Below, piece after piece: positions 12,146 through 25,157 of a stretch of 64,000 bases of DNA; position 1 is the stretch's first letter, and every line of letters begins with the position of its first letter. Under the pieces are notes generated by a model, which saw only the letters and a list, made by a program, of their open reading frames with translations, searched no databases and was not told where the DNA came from. The stretch is from Octopus sinensis (taxonomy: Eukaryota), in contig NC_043001.1 of the NCBI RefSeq assembly GCF_006345805.1, forward strand, positions 1,984,001 to 2,048,000, in the 5' to 3' direction. The position numbers were made by a program, and so were the translations under genes.

Positions 12146-13545
12146 TGATATATAACCTCAAATCCAAAGCGTAAACCTTTGTTAGTTCTTGTATCACCAG
12201 GCTTGTTGAATTCTCTTTGCAGTTCTATCTCACCTGACTAGTGATGTTGTACTTCTCATTAAGCTATTCGTGTGTTATCGGTATGATTTAGTAATATTGC
12301 TGACAGTACGGCAGGTGTTGGAAATTGAATATTAGTATACTTTTAGTACACATACTTGTAAGAAGTGACTGATTTAAGAGGGAATATTTGCTAGTATCAA
12401 AGCTTAGTTGTATTATCGTTGTCATTCTGACGGTACCATTAGTGCAACACACATCAGATACTGAGAATCTTTACTTTTGATGAAGCCCAATCAATTCATT
12501 TAATAATAATAAAAAAAAGTGTAATTTAATAAAAATGTATCTCTGGGTTATCTTTAAATGCAGAAAATTTTCATAAAGAAGCAGGTACGCAGATCCTTTG
12601 CAGGAAATCCTTAGCTGTTTTTTTCTTTTTTTGTTTCTGTCCTGAGATAGTAATATCTTTTTTCAGGTTTCAATCATTCTTTTGTAACAGCATTCTTCAA
12701 ATTTCAGTCAAAACTACCAGTGAATAATACTACTATAACTGATAATATTTGATAGAGATAATTGCCATGATGTTATTGTTTGGTAAATTCACCAGAGCTA
12801 TGGCTGTATCCTTGAACAGTATTATAACACCTTTTGACATTTTTCAATCCAATCAAAGTTGATGTCAGCTTTAGATGTGGACAGACCAAAAGAATGTGTA
12901 ATTTTCATATGAAAAGGCCTCATGGATTATTGCAGAACCTTTTGGCAAGGTTATAAAAACCCTTGCATTTAGCTCTCAATAGGATATCTTCTTGCAGCAG
13001 CTGTAATCTCTCTTTAGACCCACGTTAAATATAATCTTGATCCCTACAGTTTCTTTCTAATAGATTATTCCTGTTGTAACTGGAGATTATGTCCTGCATT
13101 CGTACGAGATATTTCAGCACTCATCTTTGGAGAATTCCATTGTTTCCTAATTCCCTCACGTAACACCCACATACACACTTGCACATATTTATAGTAATAA
13201 CAATAATAATCCTTGGTTGGAATTTATAAATATCTTAATGTTTCGCTATGCACGTTTCCATAAACTACATGTTTCTTATGATCATAGTCCATATCCTTGG
13301 AACGACTACAGAGCATTCCAAAGTATCGATGAACATGATGTACATGATGTCCATGGATACTACGGAATGCAATGTAATCGTTCCAGGAATATAGACTATG
13401 ATCTTAAGAAACATGTAATTTGTGGAAATGCACATAGCGATACATCACGATATATATATATTCTATCCAAGGATATTATTGTTATTACTATATATATATA
13501 TGTGTGTTAGTGTGTGTGTGTGTGTGTGTGTGCATGTGTGTGTGT

Positions 13546-13585
<40 letters not shown>

Positions 13586-13826
13586 CCCTCTAAGTATCCA
13601 TAAGTCAGAAAAAATATGCATTTGTATATTTGTGAAACAAGTGCATATATTACAAGAAGTGTACAGTATTATATACTCATTATGACCGATCTCACCAATT
13701 GGTTTCAACTGAGGTTTCATTCGATGTTAGACATCAACCGGATTATGGAACTCTGCACTCATCAGCCTCGATAGTTAAGGAAGAAAATATGGCAACACAC
13801 ACACACACACACGCACACACAGATAT

Positions 13827-13827
<1 letters not shown>

Positions 13828-13919
<92 letters not shown>
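13828..13919. repeat. (GATA)n microsatellite
   Basis: Perfect tetranucleotide run. Confidence 0.97.
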
Positions 13920-14313
13920 ATAATAGATAATTAGGATAAAGTCATTAATTAATGACTTATCAGTGGCCACTGTACAGCCTTGTGATAAATGGAGTGTTAA
14001 GTGGTTTGAAGTGGTTTGATACAAAAATTAGATTTATTTTATAAATAAAGGCTTTTATAAATAATAAAATGATCAGGTAGGGCAGAACACCATAGAAAAG
14101 GAATAAGATAGCTTAATCACTAAAAACTCAGTACTCCTTTATTAAATACCAGTAAATACTAATGACAAAACTCCTTTAATTCTATGTCTTTATGCAGCTG
14201 AGGAATGCTCTGCATTCAAATTGATGTAATGATTGCATTGTTCAATTAAATGGAGTTGCTTGCAACGATCATACTGCATTACCTTTGGATATCCTTGTTG
14301 CTTATTTTGATGA

Positions 14314-14367
<54 letters not shown>

Positions 14368-14441
14368 GATAGGTAGACTGATATATAGATAGATTGATAG
14401 ATAGATACATACATACAAATACATACATAATATTAGCATAT

Positions 14442-14488
<47 letters not shown>

Positions 14489-14889
14489 TGTATATATGTA
14501 TGTATGCATATAGCATGTCTTTCAGTGAGTATGTACAGTCAAGAAGCCAGTGTCTTCATATTTCAGAATTCCTACAATGAAACCATCCTATAATAAAATC
14601 TAATCAATGAGATCCTTGCAGTGAAATGGGGCCCAACTCTCAAATGAATTCTATGGAAATAAACAAAAGGAATACATTATTCAGAGAAATAATCTCCCAG
14701 AACACAGAGCCATTTGAAAACCCTGATTTGAATAAACATGTCAAAAATAATGGCAGTATACAATATTCTTGTTATTGGATTCTGTTAGCCCTAAATACTT
14801 AGAGGATTTGATTTTTTATCCACGTTATCTGCGTGTAACATTAGTTGGAAATATATCAAAGAAAGGTCATTAATTTGCGGTGGAAAGCC

Positions 14890-15150
14890 ATGCTGATAGA
14901 GTTGTTCATTTAAGAGGGAACACTTTAATTCCTATTGACTGTCACCGATTCTTTTAAATGGTCTTTTAATCCTTTGGCAGAAAGCGTCCCCATTGTTAGT
15001 CCATGCGTCATCCGTAAGTGGATCAATAAAATTATGAAAATGATTGAGTGTGTGATGTGGCTAAGTGCAACAGGGATACCATTGTATTGGCTGTATACCA
15101 GCTTGTAAGGGTAATACCTGAAAGTATTCAATGACGGAAAATATTGTTTT
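14890..15150 (-). mobile_element. Merlin (IS1016/ISXO2-like) transposase relic
   Basis: Frameshifted minus-strand peptides IFRH*ILSGITLTSW and HTLNHFHNFIDPLTDDAWTNNGDAFCQRIKRPFKR resemble the Merlin C-terminal motif H.TVNH..NFVDP.TGAHTN.IE..W...KR. Confidence 0.55.
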
Positions 15151-15496
15151 GTCATGGCCATTCTTTATGTCCTTGTGTCTGCCCAAGAGAGGCTTTCAAT
15201 GAATGCAGCATTTAAAGACAACATGACATAACACCTGCAAAGCATGTGAGGAAGAGAAATCTCTTTGAGATTGGATCATGTTTTATTCTCTTCTGAACAG
15301 AAGCTGAAGAAAACCATATCTGTGCATGGCACTTATTTAGATTGTGGTCGTTATGTTTAGCATCGTAACTAAACTGTTAGATTTGACTTGAAGTTTTGTG
15401 GAATATGTAAAAGCAATAATTTAGAAAACCATAGCAATGCAATCGGGGAACAATTAACTATAAAAGCAGGAATAAATATTGGACACTTACTTGAAT

Positions 15497-15680
15497 ATCA
15501 TCGCTTGACAACTGATGTTGGTGTGTTTATGTCCCCCATAACTTAGCAGTTCAGTAAAAGTGCCTGTTAGAATAAGCACTAGGCTTACAAAGAATAAGTC
15601 CTGGGGTCAATTTGTTTCTCTAAAGGTGGTAATCTAGCATGGCTGCAGTCAATGACTGAAACAAGTAAAAGAATAAAAGA
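15497..15680 (+). mobile_element. SINE family B 3' half
   Basis: TCGCTTGACAAC...GCATGGCTGCAGTCAATGACTGAAACAAGTAAAAGAATAAAAGA. Confidence 0.85.
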
Positions 15681-16619
15681 ATATATATATATATATATTA
15701 TATTTTATATATTATTTATTGTATATTATTTATTGTATATTTTTGAAATTTGATGGTAGTATTGATTTCAGTAATACACTGTATGACCTTTTGTTTTGCT
15801 AATTAACACTGAGATAGATAACCAAAATAAAGTGTTTTCTTTTTTCTTCTTTTTGTCTTTGTTGGAAACTGCATAAATTAAGAAATGTGTTTTGAAGCAC
15901 TTTCACAACAAGCTCACCATCTTCTTTGTACAATTTGGTAAAATAATTGATGTCATGTCATATCTAGACTATGTAAAAAATAATTCTTCTTGTAATTATT
16001 GTACAAAATTATTTTTGTTTTGTTTGCTTTTATTGAATTTTAAATATCATTTCATGTTTCAAAAATATGTCATGTGTTGCTTAAGAAATATTCATCATTC
16101 TTCTTGGAAACAAGAAAAGAAATAAATATTTTACCAAAAACTTCTTTAAATGTTCACCTCAGAGGCAGCTTTGACAAAAACATTTTAGAAAAAAGAATGT
16201 AGTATGACACAAATTGTCACAAACGAAATTGTAAAACAAATTACAGGAATGGTTAATCAACTTTCTTTAAACTTAAAATTGGTTTTCAATTACTTTCTGT
16301 TAGAGAATAATTTCCTGCAATTAGGATTTTAATTCTTTGGGGTATAAAGATAAGATATATCCTTTATCCCTGAAGACATTCAGAGTGATTGTTTACTTCA
16401 GTCGAAAGACAAGAGCCAAGTGCAATCCTACCATTCTTAATCTGTTAGAGGCAAGCAGATAAGAATGTCTGCAGGATGCACCTTCCATTCACTGTTCTAT
16501 TGGGCCATGGTGGGGGGTGAGGGTAGGGTTAGGGGATTTGTAATTAGTTCTAATTTATGTGAGAACTGAATGAGAGATATATCACTCCTGTTCTAGTACG
16601 ATATCTATCTTAGTTGACA

Positions 16620-17183
16620 TTCTTTGATGGTTTGGTGAATATTTGGGATCCATTCCTGACAAATACGTAAAGTCAGGTAATGAAGATGAAAGAAGTCTGT
16701 TTACTGAGGAAATGGAATCTAATGAGTTGATTTGAGTTCCTGATCTAAGATCTGGAACTGGAATAGTTTTATCTTTTTGGGTGTTTCTCTTCTATAGAAG
16801 AAGAAACACAAGTGATGTAGATTTTGCAAGTTGCAGCGAAGGCAACCCAACGAGGAGAGCAGAAACTTTGAGAGAATAAACAAAGAAGACTTTTTAGTGA
16901 TGACTCTGGACACAATGACTCTAGAGCCAATGACTCTAGAGCCAATGACTCTAGAGATAACGACTCTGTAGATGATGACTCTGGAGACGATGACTGTTGA
17001 GGGTGGCTCAGTAGATAGTGACTCTGTAGAAGAGGATGATGATGATGACGATGATGACTGTAAATAATGACTCTGCACACAATGACTCTGTAGACATTTA
17101 ACTCTGAAGACAGTGACTCTAGAGAGGACGACTCTGCAGATGATGACCTGGTAGACAATAACTCTGCAGACAGCGCTATATGA
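16620..17183 (+). pseudogene. Degenerate coding-like relic ending in a 15-bp (NDSRA/DDSVD-type) acidic repeat
   Basis: ATGACTCT-based 15-bp units translate as DDSGHNDSRANDSRANDSRDNDSVDDDSGDDD; frameshifts and stops interrupt the frame. Confidence 0.4.
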
Positions 17184-17697
17184 AAAATATATTTCCTAAG
17201 TGGTGTTCAATTGATTGTATTTTAAGTCAAGTTGGCATTCATGTCTCATGAAATCAAACATTGAATTCACTTTGTCTGATTAGTTTTATTTTCTGCTGAT
17301 AAATACATTGATATTAGAAATAAATAAACAAGAGAGCATAAAATCTAAAATCTAAAACAACTATTTCCAGTAAATGGGCCATAAAATCATACTCGTAGAC
17401 AATCAGATCATTTACCAATATTCTTCAGCGTATTATTTCAAGAGGATTATTTTTCTCCCAACTACAAAGTGTATATTTTCTAAACCTACAGAGAAAGGTT
17501 ACGAGACAGACACAGTTTTATTAATGAGTATCCGAACAGACAGAAATGCAGCCGTGCCATACCATACACACATACAAACACGAAACTCTGTTCTGTATAT
17601 ACATATCAATAATTCTTATGTGCTATGTTTGTGCACATATGTGTATATGCTATATAGACATATGTGTGTGTGTATGTATACACACATACATACATAC

Positions 17698-17756
<59 letters not shown>

Positions 17757-17803
17757 TCATGCTAGCATGGAAAACGTACGTTAAACGATGATGATGATGA
17801 TGA

Positions 17804-17848
<45 letters not shown>

Positions 17849-17919
17849 ATGTGTGTGAGTGTGTGTGCATACATGCATATGTGTGTCTGTGAGTGTGTGC
17901 GTGTGTATATATATATTTA

Positions 17920-18090
17920 TATCATCATTGGCTGTTTGCTTTCCATACTGTCATGGATTGGATGGTTTGACAAGATCCAGCCAGCTGCAAGGATGTATTG
18001 AGCTCCAATATCATCCTTAGCATGGTTCCTACAGATGGATACACCTCCTGATGCCAACCACCTTCCTCGATGTAAGTTGGGATTTTTGTC
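17920..18090 (-). mobile_element. RTE 3' end fragment
   Basis: TTTCCATACTGTCATGGATTGGATGG...CCTCCTGATGCCAACCAC is a reverse-complement RTE tail; faces a short plus-strand tail at 17757-17807. Confidence 0.7.
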
Positions 18091-18099
18091 TAGCCACTG

Positions 18100-18635
18100 G
18101 CATACATACATACATGCATACATACGTACATGCATGCATACATACATACATACATGCATACATACATACACATACATACATACATACATACATACATACA
18201 TACATACACACACACATACATACATACATACATACATACATACATACATACATACATACATACACACACACACATACATACATACATACATACATACATA
18301 CATACATACATACATACACATACATACGTACATGCATACATACATACATACATACATACATACTTACATACATACATACATACACACATACATGCACACA
18401 TACATACATACATAATACATACATACATACATACATACATACATACATACACATACATACATACATGCATACATACACATACATGCATACATGCATACCT
18501 ACATATATACACACACACATACATACATACATACATACATACATACATACATACATACACACATACATACATACATGCATACATACATACATACATTCAC
18601 ACATACGTACATACATTCATACATACATACATACA
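18100..18635. repeat. Long (TACA)n microsatellite
   Basis: Directly visible, ~535 bp. Confidence 0.97.
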
Positions 18636-18639
18636 GTGA

Positions 18640-20120
18640 GAATAGTCAAAGCCATAGCTGACCTGAATTCATCATGGGCCACCATCTTGAAATTAAACAC
18701 AAAGGGTGACTGTATTATCCCCGATAGAAAGAATACAATATTGCCAGGGTATATTCCAAGGAGACAACCGCCCTGTGATGTTGTTTATTCTTTCTATAAA
18801 CCCCTTGTCATTCATTTTAAGGAAGTTTGAGGGATTTCTCACTGGTTCACAAAGAAACAGAAATACCAAGCAATATGCATGAGATGGAAAGGAGCCTTGA
18901 CCTAGTTACATCCTCAAAGGATGTAGGGTTGAAGTCTGGTCAGAATAAATGTCGTTATATGGTTGTTAAAGGTGGAAGACTATAAACCAGACTAGTAACA
19001 TCTCCATCAATATTTTGACCATTTCACCTGTATCTGACGAGGAATGTTACAGGTATCTAGGGGTGGATGAAAATATATCTTACAATGGCACCTGTAACAA
19101 AACACATGTCACTAAGAATATTACAGCCATATAAAGAAAATATGGTCCTCAGATCTCTCTGCATTCAATAAAACAGTGGCCCACAATGTGTTTGCAGTAC
19201 CAGTACTCATACCAACATTTGGGCTGCTTGACTGGATGCTTGATGAGATCCAAGCCACTGGTGTGAAAACCCGAAAAATACCAACAAGCACACAGAATTT
19301 TCACATAAACAGAGATGTAGACCAACCCTACCTAAAAAGAAAACAAGGTAGCAAAGGCTTATCATCGATCCAAAATGCCTTTGAGTGTCGCATCATATCC
19401 CTTCAGCAACATCTTCTAACCACCAAGTATCAAAGTGCATCCCTTGACTAAGTTTGCATACATGGGGCTGATAACATCATAAGACTTGGAAGGCAGCTCT
19501 TTGAGCAACATTCTTTGTCTGATAACCTAGAATACATGCCCAAAGAAATTGCATGAATCTACCACAACATATCAATAGATGAAAGGATGAGCTTATATGA
19601 GCAGAAGACTATGCATGGATATGTTACTAGAAAGCTCCGAGATGATAGTAACATCGATCATCAAAGCAATCTATCATGGACCAATAGCCAGATTGCTACC
19701 TCTCACTTTGAATTGGTTTATGTTTACAATCCAGGAACAGGAAATATCAGCCAAATACCTGATGCACAAAAAGGATAGAGATGCAAGAACGGCAATAAAA
19801 TGCGACAAGGGATGCAGACTTTGTGGAGTTCACACTGAAGATATCAGCCACATCATAAGCAGTTGTCTGAAAATGTCATCACAGTATTATCTAATGATGA
19901 GACATGATGTTGTAGCTAGGAGACTCTATAATGAAATCCCTCAGAAAGATAACCCAGAGGACAAAGAAATAAGGACCCACAGTATGGTAGAAGCTATAGT
20001 CACTCATAATGAAAAGGAATACTGGTGGAATCTCCTTGTGAAAACCTCAATAAAATGTAAGCACAACAGACCTGATATAAAGATTTGGGACAGAGAAGAG
20101 AAACTGTGCACAATCAATGT
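18640..20120 (+). mobile_element. R4/Dong-like non-LTR retrotransposon (restriction-like endonuclease type), 5'-truncated and decayed
   Basis: YRYLGVDENISY; HNVFAVPVLIPTFG...DVDQPYLKRKQGSKGL; IQEQEISAKYL; CCHC knuckle CRLCGVHTEDISHIISSC (19813-19866); RHDVVA; HNRPDIKIWDREEKLCTI (PD motif ~20070). Confidence 0.85.
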
Positions 20121-20300
20121 TAGTGTGTTTATGTCCCTGTAATTTAGCTGTTCGGCAAAAAAGACCAATAGAATAAGTACTAGGCTTTCAAAAATAAGTC
20201 CTAGGTTTGATTTCTTTGATGACTAAAACTTTATAAGGAAGTGCTCCAGCATGGCTGCAGTCAAATGACTGAAAGAATAAAAGAGAGAATAAAAGAATAT
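20121..20300 (+). mobile_element. SINE family B 3' half
   Basis: Family B tail abutting the truncated R4-like element. Confidence 0.85.
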
Positions 20301-20364
20301 GTATATATGTATGTATTTATGAATGTAATAAATGTATATTATATATATATATTATATATATATA

Positions 20365-20756
20365 TATACTCTTTTTTACTCTCTTTTACTCTTTTACTTG
20401 TTTCAGTCATTTGACTGCGGCCATGCTGGAGCACCGCCTTTAATCGAGCAACTCGAACCCGGGACTTATTCTTTTGTAAGGCCAGTACTTATTCTATCGG
20501 TCTCTTTTGCCGAACTGCTAAGTAACGGGGACATTGTCAAGCAATACTAGGGGGACAAACACAGACACACAAACACACACACGCATATATACATATACAT
20601 ATATACGACGGGCTTCTTTCAGTTTCCGTCTACCAAATCCACTCACAAGGCTTTGGTCAGCCCGAGGCTATAGCAGAAAACACTTGCCCAAGGTGCCACA
20701 CAGTGGGACTGAACTCGGAACCATGTGGTTAGTAGACAAGCTACTTACCACACAGC

Positions 20757-20760
<4 letters not shown>
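20365..20760 (-). mobile_element. SINE family B, near full length
   Basis: Reverse complement of head through the (GAGTAAAA) tail. Confidence 0.92.
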
Positions 20761-20828
<68 letters not shown>

Positions 20829-20832
20829 TATA

Positions 20833-20875
<43 letters not shown>

Positions 20876-21265
20876 TACATACAAGATGTCATATGTGTAT
20901 CTGTGAATGCATGTTTGTGTGATTTAGTTGTTTTTTTATAGAAAACTGCCAGCTTATTATTTCGATATCCTGAGAGCATTATTGAAACATACTTTTGTTT
21001 TATTTCTATTAAGATAAATTGATAAATCATGAATAAGCAAGTTCGATGGCAGCTTTCAAGGAAAGAAAAGTAAAAAGGTAGAGTAAGATTTTGTCGATGC
21101 GAAATGAGGTTAGTCCAGATCAAAAATCTGATTTTATTTATCTCTGAAATAAATCTGATATTTTATCATGCAGTAAAAGATAATGAAGATCATTTTAATA
21201 ACAACACAAGAAATGTCTTTGCAAATCTTTTGGCACTTTTTCAACTTCATAATAATAGTTTACAG

Positions 21266-21341
<76 letters not shown>

Positions 21342-22784
21342 CTACATTTTTTATACTGACTCATGAAAAGAAATAGATACGAGGAAGGTGTTAAATCTAA
21401 AACAATTAAAATTGCCTTCCTAATGTTTAATTAATTACTTTTTGAGAAAAATAATGTTTCTGATTTACAAAGGCACCAGAGGGATGAGTTAAGTTTATGC
21501 AGAGATAATTTGTGATTGTTATTTAGCTCCAGGAATCCTTAATGACGGCATTAAAAGTATGACTGGCATGGGTTTCTCTTATTTTCAGAAGAGAGAGTAA
21601 CAAAGTTAATTCAATGTTTTTCTTTATTGCTAAAGACTGGTGTGGGTTGAAGGAAATAGACATTTGGCTGATATTTCTAGCAGAATGTGCCACTACATAA
21701 GAGATCCTCACCAGCTCCTGATGGAAATAAGCAGAATTTCAAGATTTAGTCAATGAGGCCCTTGTCAAGGACTGGTACATACCCTTGTTTCCCACTGAAG
21801 ATCCATTGAGATCAGTTATTTCCTGTAGAAGATAGGCCTGGAACCCGGACAACTGAAGAATGCCATCAAGGAGACAGGCATGGCAGCTGGAACTAGCTTC
21901 AGATGGCTGCAAGTGGAACCCTTCTGTAAGTGAAGATTAGATTGGTCCTCACTGCCCCACTCAGGTGAAGTGTACAGGCTAAGGGCCGAAATGCTTGGAC
22001 CCTGAAATACCTGCTTCTGAAATACAGAAGGGTTTTCAGCATTGCAATGAGTTTACAAGAGCTTGCAACATTTCTGAGTAGCAAAATGTTTGGAGCAAAT
22101 CATCTCTGATGTCTATTTCACTTATTTTTAGAGTTTAGTTCAGCAATTCAAAATCTGGAACTTTCTCATTGACTTGTTTTGCCCAACGGAAGAAGCTTTA
22201 AATTAAAATCATCAACTGCATCCCATTCTAAATACATTATTAAGATGCCCTGGAATTGTGTGCAGATATAAAATAGAATTTTATTGAAAACACAATATAT
22301 TTTGGATTGCGAGGAACATTGCCAGTGCAGTGACTGACAACAATGCCAGACATACTGTTGTGTATGGCATTGTCAAGCCTCCACAAATACAAAAATTGTC
22401 TGTCATTCTTGAGAGTCTTGCTCCAATGTATATTGTGCTTGTAACATAGGTCTATGACGAGATTTCCATCTCAGGCAATCTTACAACTTTGTATGGTTGT
22501 ATACATTTACTTTGATGCCAAGGTGGCAAATTTCCTCATCAGTTTCCCAGTGTTGTCATTGTATTCACCTCTTGGTATCTATTCTGTCACTGTGTATAGT
22601 TGTGAATTACCACAAGAGTGTTACCACCCTATGATGGGAAACTTTGGCACTACACTTTTGCTACCATGGGTAATACCAGGAAATATGGCATTCTTGGTAT
22701 TTAAACAAAATGAGAAAATGTATGCTAAGTTTTAGAAGGAAAATAGTTGTTAATTTAAAATAAAATTAAGCAAAACAAATACAT

Positions 22785-22942
22785 AAAAAGCACCCATGCT
22801 AGTGCCACATGCAAAGCACCCAGCACATTCTGTTTAGAGGTTGGCATTAAGAAGGGCATCTCACCGCAGGAACCTTGCCAAAGCAGACAATTGGAGTCTG
22901 GTTCAGCTCTCTGTCTTGCCAGAATGGAAAATGGATGTTAAG

Positions 22943-22991
<49 letters not shown>

Positions 22992-23045
22992 GGTGGTAGT
23001 GGTGGTGGTGGTGGTGGTGATGGTGATGATGATGATGATGATGAT
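22785..23045 (+). mobile_element. RTE 3' end fragment with expanded (GAT/GGT)n tail
   Basis: AAAGCACCC...GGTTGGCATTAAGAAGGGCATC...ATGGAAAATGGATGTTAA then (GAT)n. Confidence 0.7.
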
Positions 23046-23647
23046 GATGTCTGTAATGTCTGTAATAAGTAAATGTTGCTGTTTGTGAATTTTATCAACA
23101 TAATCACAGTCTAACCCATCTCTATAAAATTTCATTACGAAAATACGAAATATGCTGTTTTCAGAAAGTTACAAGGCACTCATTCCATACCTCTTATATC
23201 AAATCCCCCACCCCCACAGAATCATTTTATTATCTCCCCACCCCCACTCTCTCCATGTGTTATAAAGTGTGACTGAAGATTTCAACCAACCAACCAACAT
23301 TTGTTTAGGCTATTATAAGAGGTGCCATTGATAGAGCTGTATGATCTATTTTTAGAATACTGTGGACAATATGAGCTGTGGCATCGATTTGCTAGAGATA
23401 GCAGTGATTCCTCTCCCTGCCAGCAATATACAAAATAACAGTCCCCGAACAGGTATTGGTGTTACAATTAACCAGTGAGCTGGTTAAAAATATATATTTT
23501 ATATTTTTAAATAAATATATTCATTGTATGAAACTATTAATAACCCATAACTATATTCAGTTTGCATTAAACAATATTTAGTTCTCATCAGATGGATTAC
23601 AGTTTTTGTTGAGCTTACCTGAATGCAAAAATTTAAAAAATATATTT

Positions 23648-24045
23648 ACTGGCACTTGTGCCCGTGCTAGTAGGGTGCCAAGAGCACCATCCAAGCATGA
23701 TCGTTGCCAGAGCAGCCAACTGGCTTCCGTGCCGGTGCTACATAAAAAGGCACCATTCGAGCATGATCGTTACCAACGTCGCCTTACTGGCACCTGTGTC
23801 GGTGGCATGTGTAAAAAGATTCGAGTGAGGTCATTGCCAGTACCGCCTGACTGGCCCTGTGCCGGTGGCATGTAAAAAGCACCCACTACACTCTCGGAGT
23901 GGTTGGCGTTAGGAAGGGCATCCAGCTGTAGAAACTTTTCCAGATCAAGATTGGAGCCTAGTGTGGCCGTCTGATTCGCCAGTCCTCAGTCAAAATCGTC
24001 CAACCCATGCTAGCATGGAAAGCAGACATTACACGATGATGATGA
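23648..24045 (+). mobile_element. RTE 3' UTR fragment
   Basis: Repeated GTGCCGGTGGCATGTAAAAAGCACC modules and CCAACCCATGCTAGCATGGAAAGC tail. A second degenerate copy follows at ~24160-24400. Confidence 0.85.
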
Positions 24046-25112
24046 ATCTTTTGTCAGGTGTACAACCACTTCTCCCGCTTGCTTTCCTTCTCTTAGCTGA
24101 GAAGTCTTTGACTTGCAAGCTATGAGGTGACCCTGCTGGCACCATGGAAAATACATTTCTTCTGGTGCCAGGTGAAAGGTACTTGTGCTGGTGCCAGGTA
24201 AAAAGCACCCTGTGCACATTATAAAGAGGTTGGTGTTAAGAAGGGCATCCAGCCATAGAAACCAGGACAAAGCATATAAATGGAGTCGGGTGCAACTCTC
24301 CAGCCTTGCCAGCTCCTGTCCAACCGCCCAACTCATGCCAGCATGGAAGATGGATATTAAATAATGATGATGATGGATATGATGACGACGATGACGATGA
24401 TGAGAAAAACAACCACACACGCAGACAACCTATTTGTGAGAAAGGTTTAAAAGGCTTAATTCATCACCTTGTTTGATGCTGCCGCCTGGTCGTTGGCTGT
24501 CTTTAATAGATTTTGCTCTGTCGGAAGAATTCTGCCCTTCTGTTTCCTCACTAAATGGTAAATAAACCTTTTTGCTTTATTATTATTTGGGGAAAAATAA
24601 TAATATACCATTAGGAATGGAATACTTTTGGCTTCTATCTATATCCTGGTCACTGGTAATCTAAGAACGACTTTGATATTTAATAACATGTATTAAGTCA
24701 GCAAAATAATGATGGAAAAAAAGCACACAAGCGAAGAAGTGTGTGTGTGTGTGTGTGTTGTGTGTGTGTGTGTGTGTGGTGTGTGTGTGCTAATGATGAC
24801 ACTATTATTATAGTAGAGAGCAATTGTTCTATCCTTAACACCAGCCTCACATCGACTCATTTTCCAAAGTACAACTGAAAAATATTGCTGAAAAATATGC
24901 GAAAAGTAAAAATATTTTTCATACATTAAAAATATATAAGGAAAGGAAAAAAGAAAAAGAAAAAGTGGAAAAGAAATGAAGAGACATCTACACCACAGGC
25001 ATACACACACACATACATATGTGTGTGTGTATATATGTATGTAGGCATATATATATATGTACGTATGTATATATGTATGTACACACGTATGCATAAATAT
25101 ATACATATATAC

Positions 25113-25157
<45 letters not shown>

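Noticed and set aside
12146-12185. TATATA upstream of U6 as a type 3 Pol III TATA box
   Set aside because: It lies at about -4 to -9, inside the TSD; no TATA is visible near -25 to -30, so this is not a promoter-bearing U6 gene.
12012-12197. 61-aa minus-strand ORF (…YSKIGTIQRRLAWPLRKDDTQIREALHI…)
   Set aside because: It is the conceptual translation of the U6 sequence, not a protein.
14195-14230. CUGAGGA followed by a GAAUGC/GCAUUC hairpin as a hammerhead
   Set aside because: The hairpin overlaps the core and GAAA is missing; too many edits needed.
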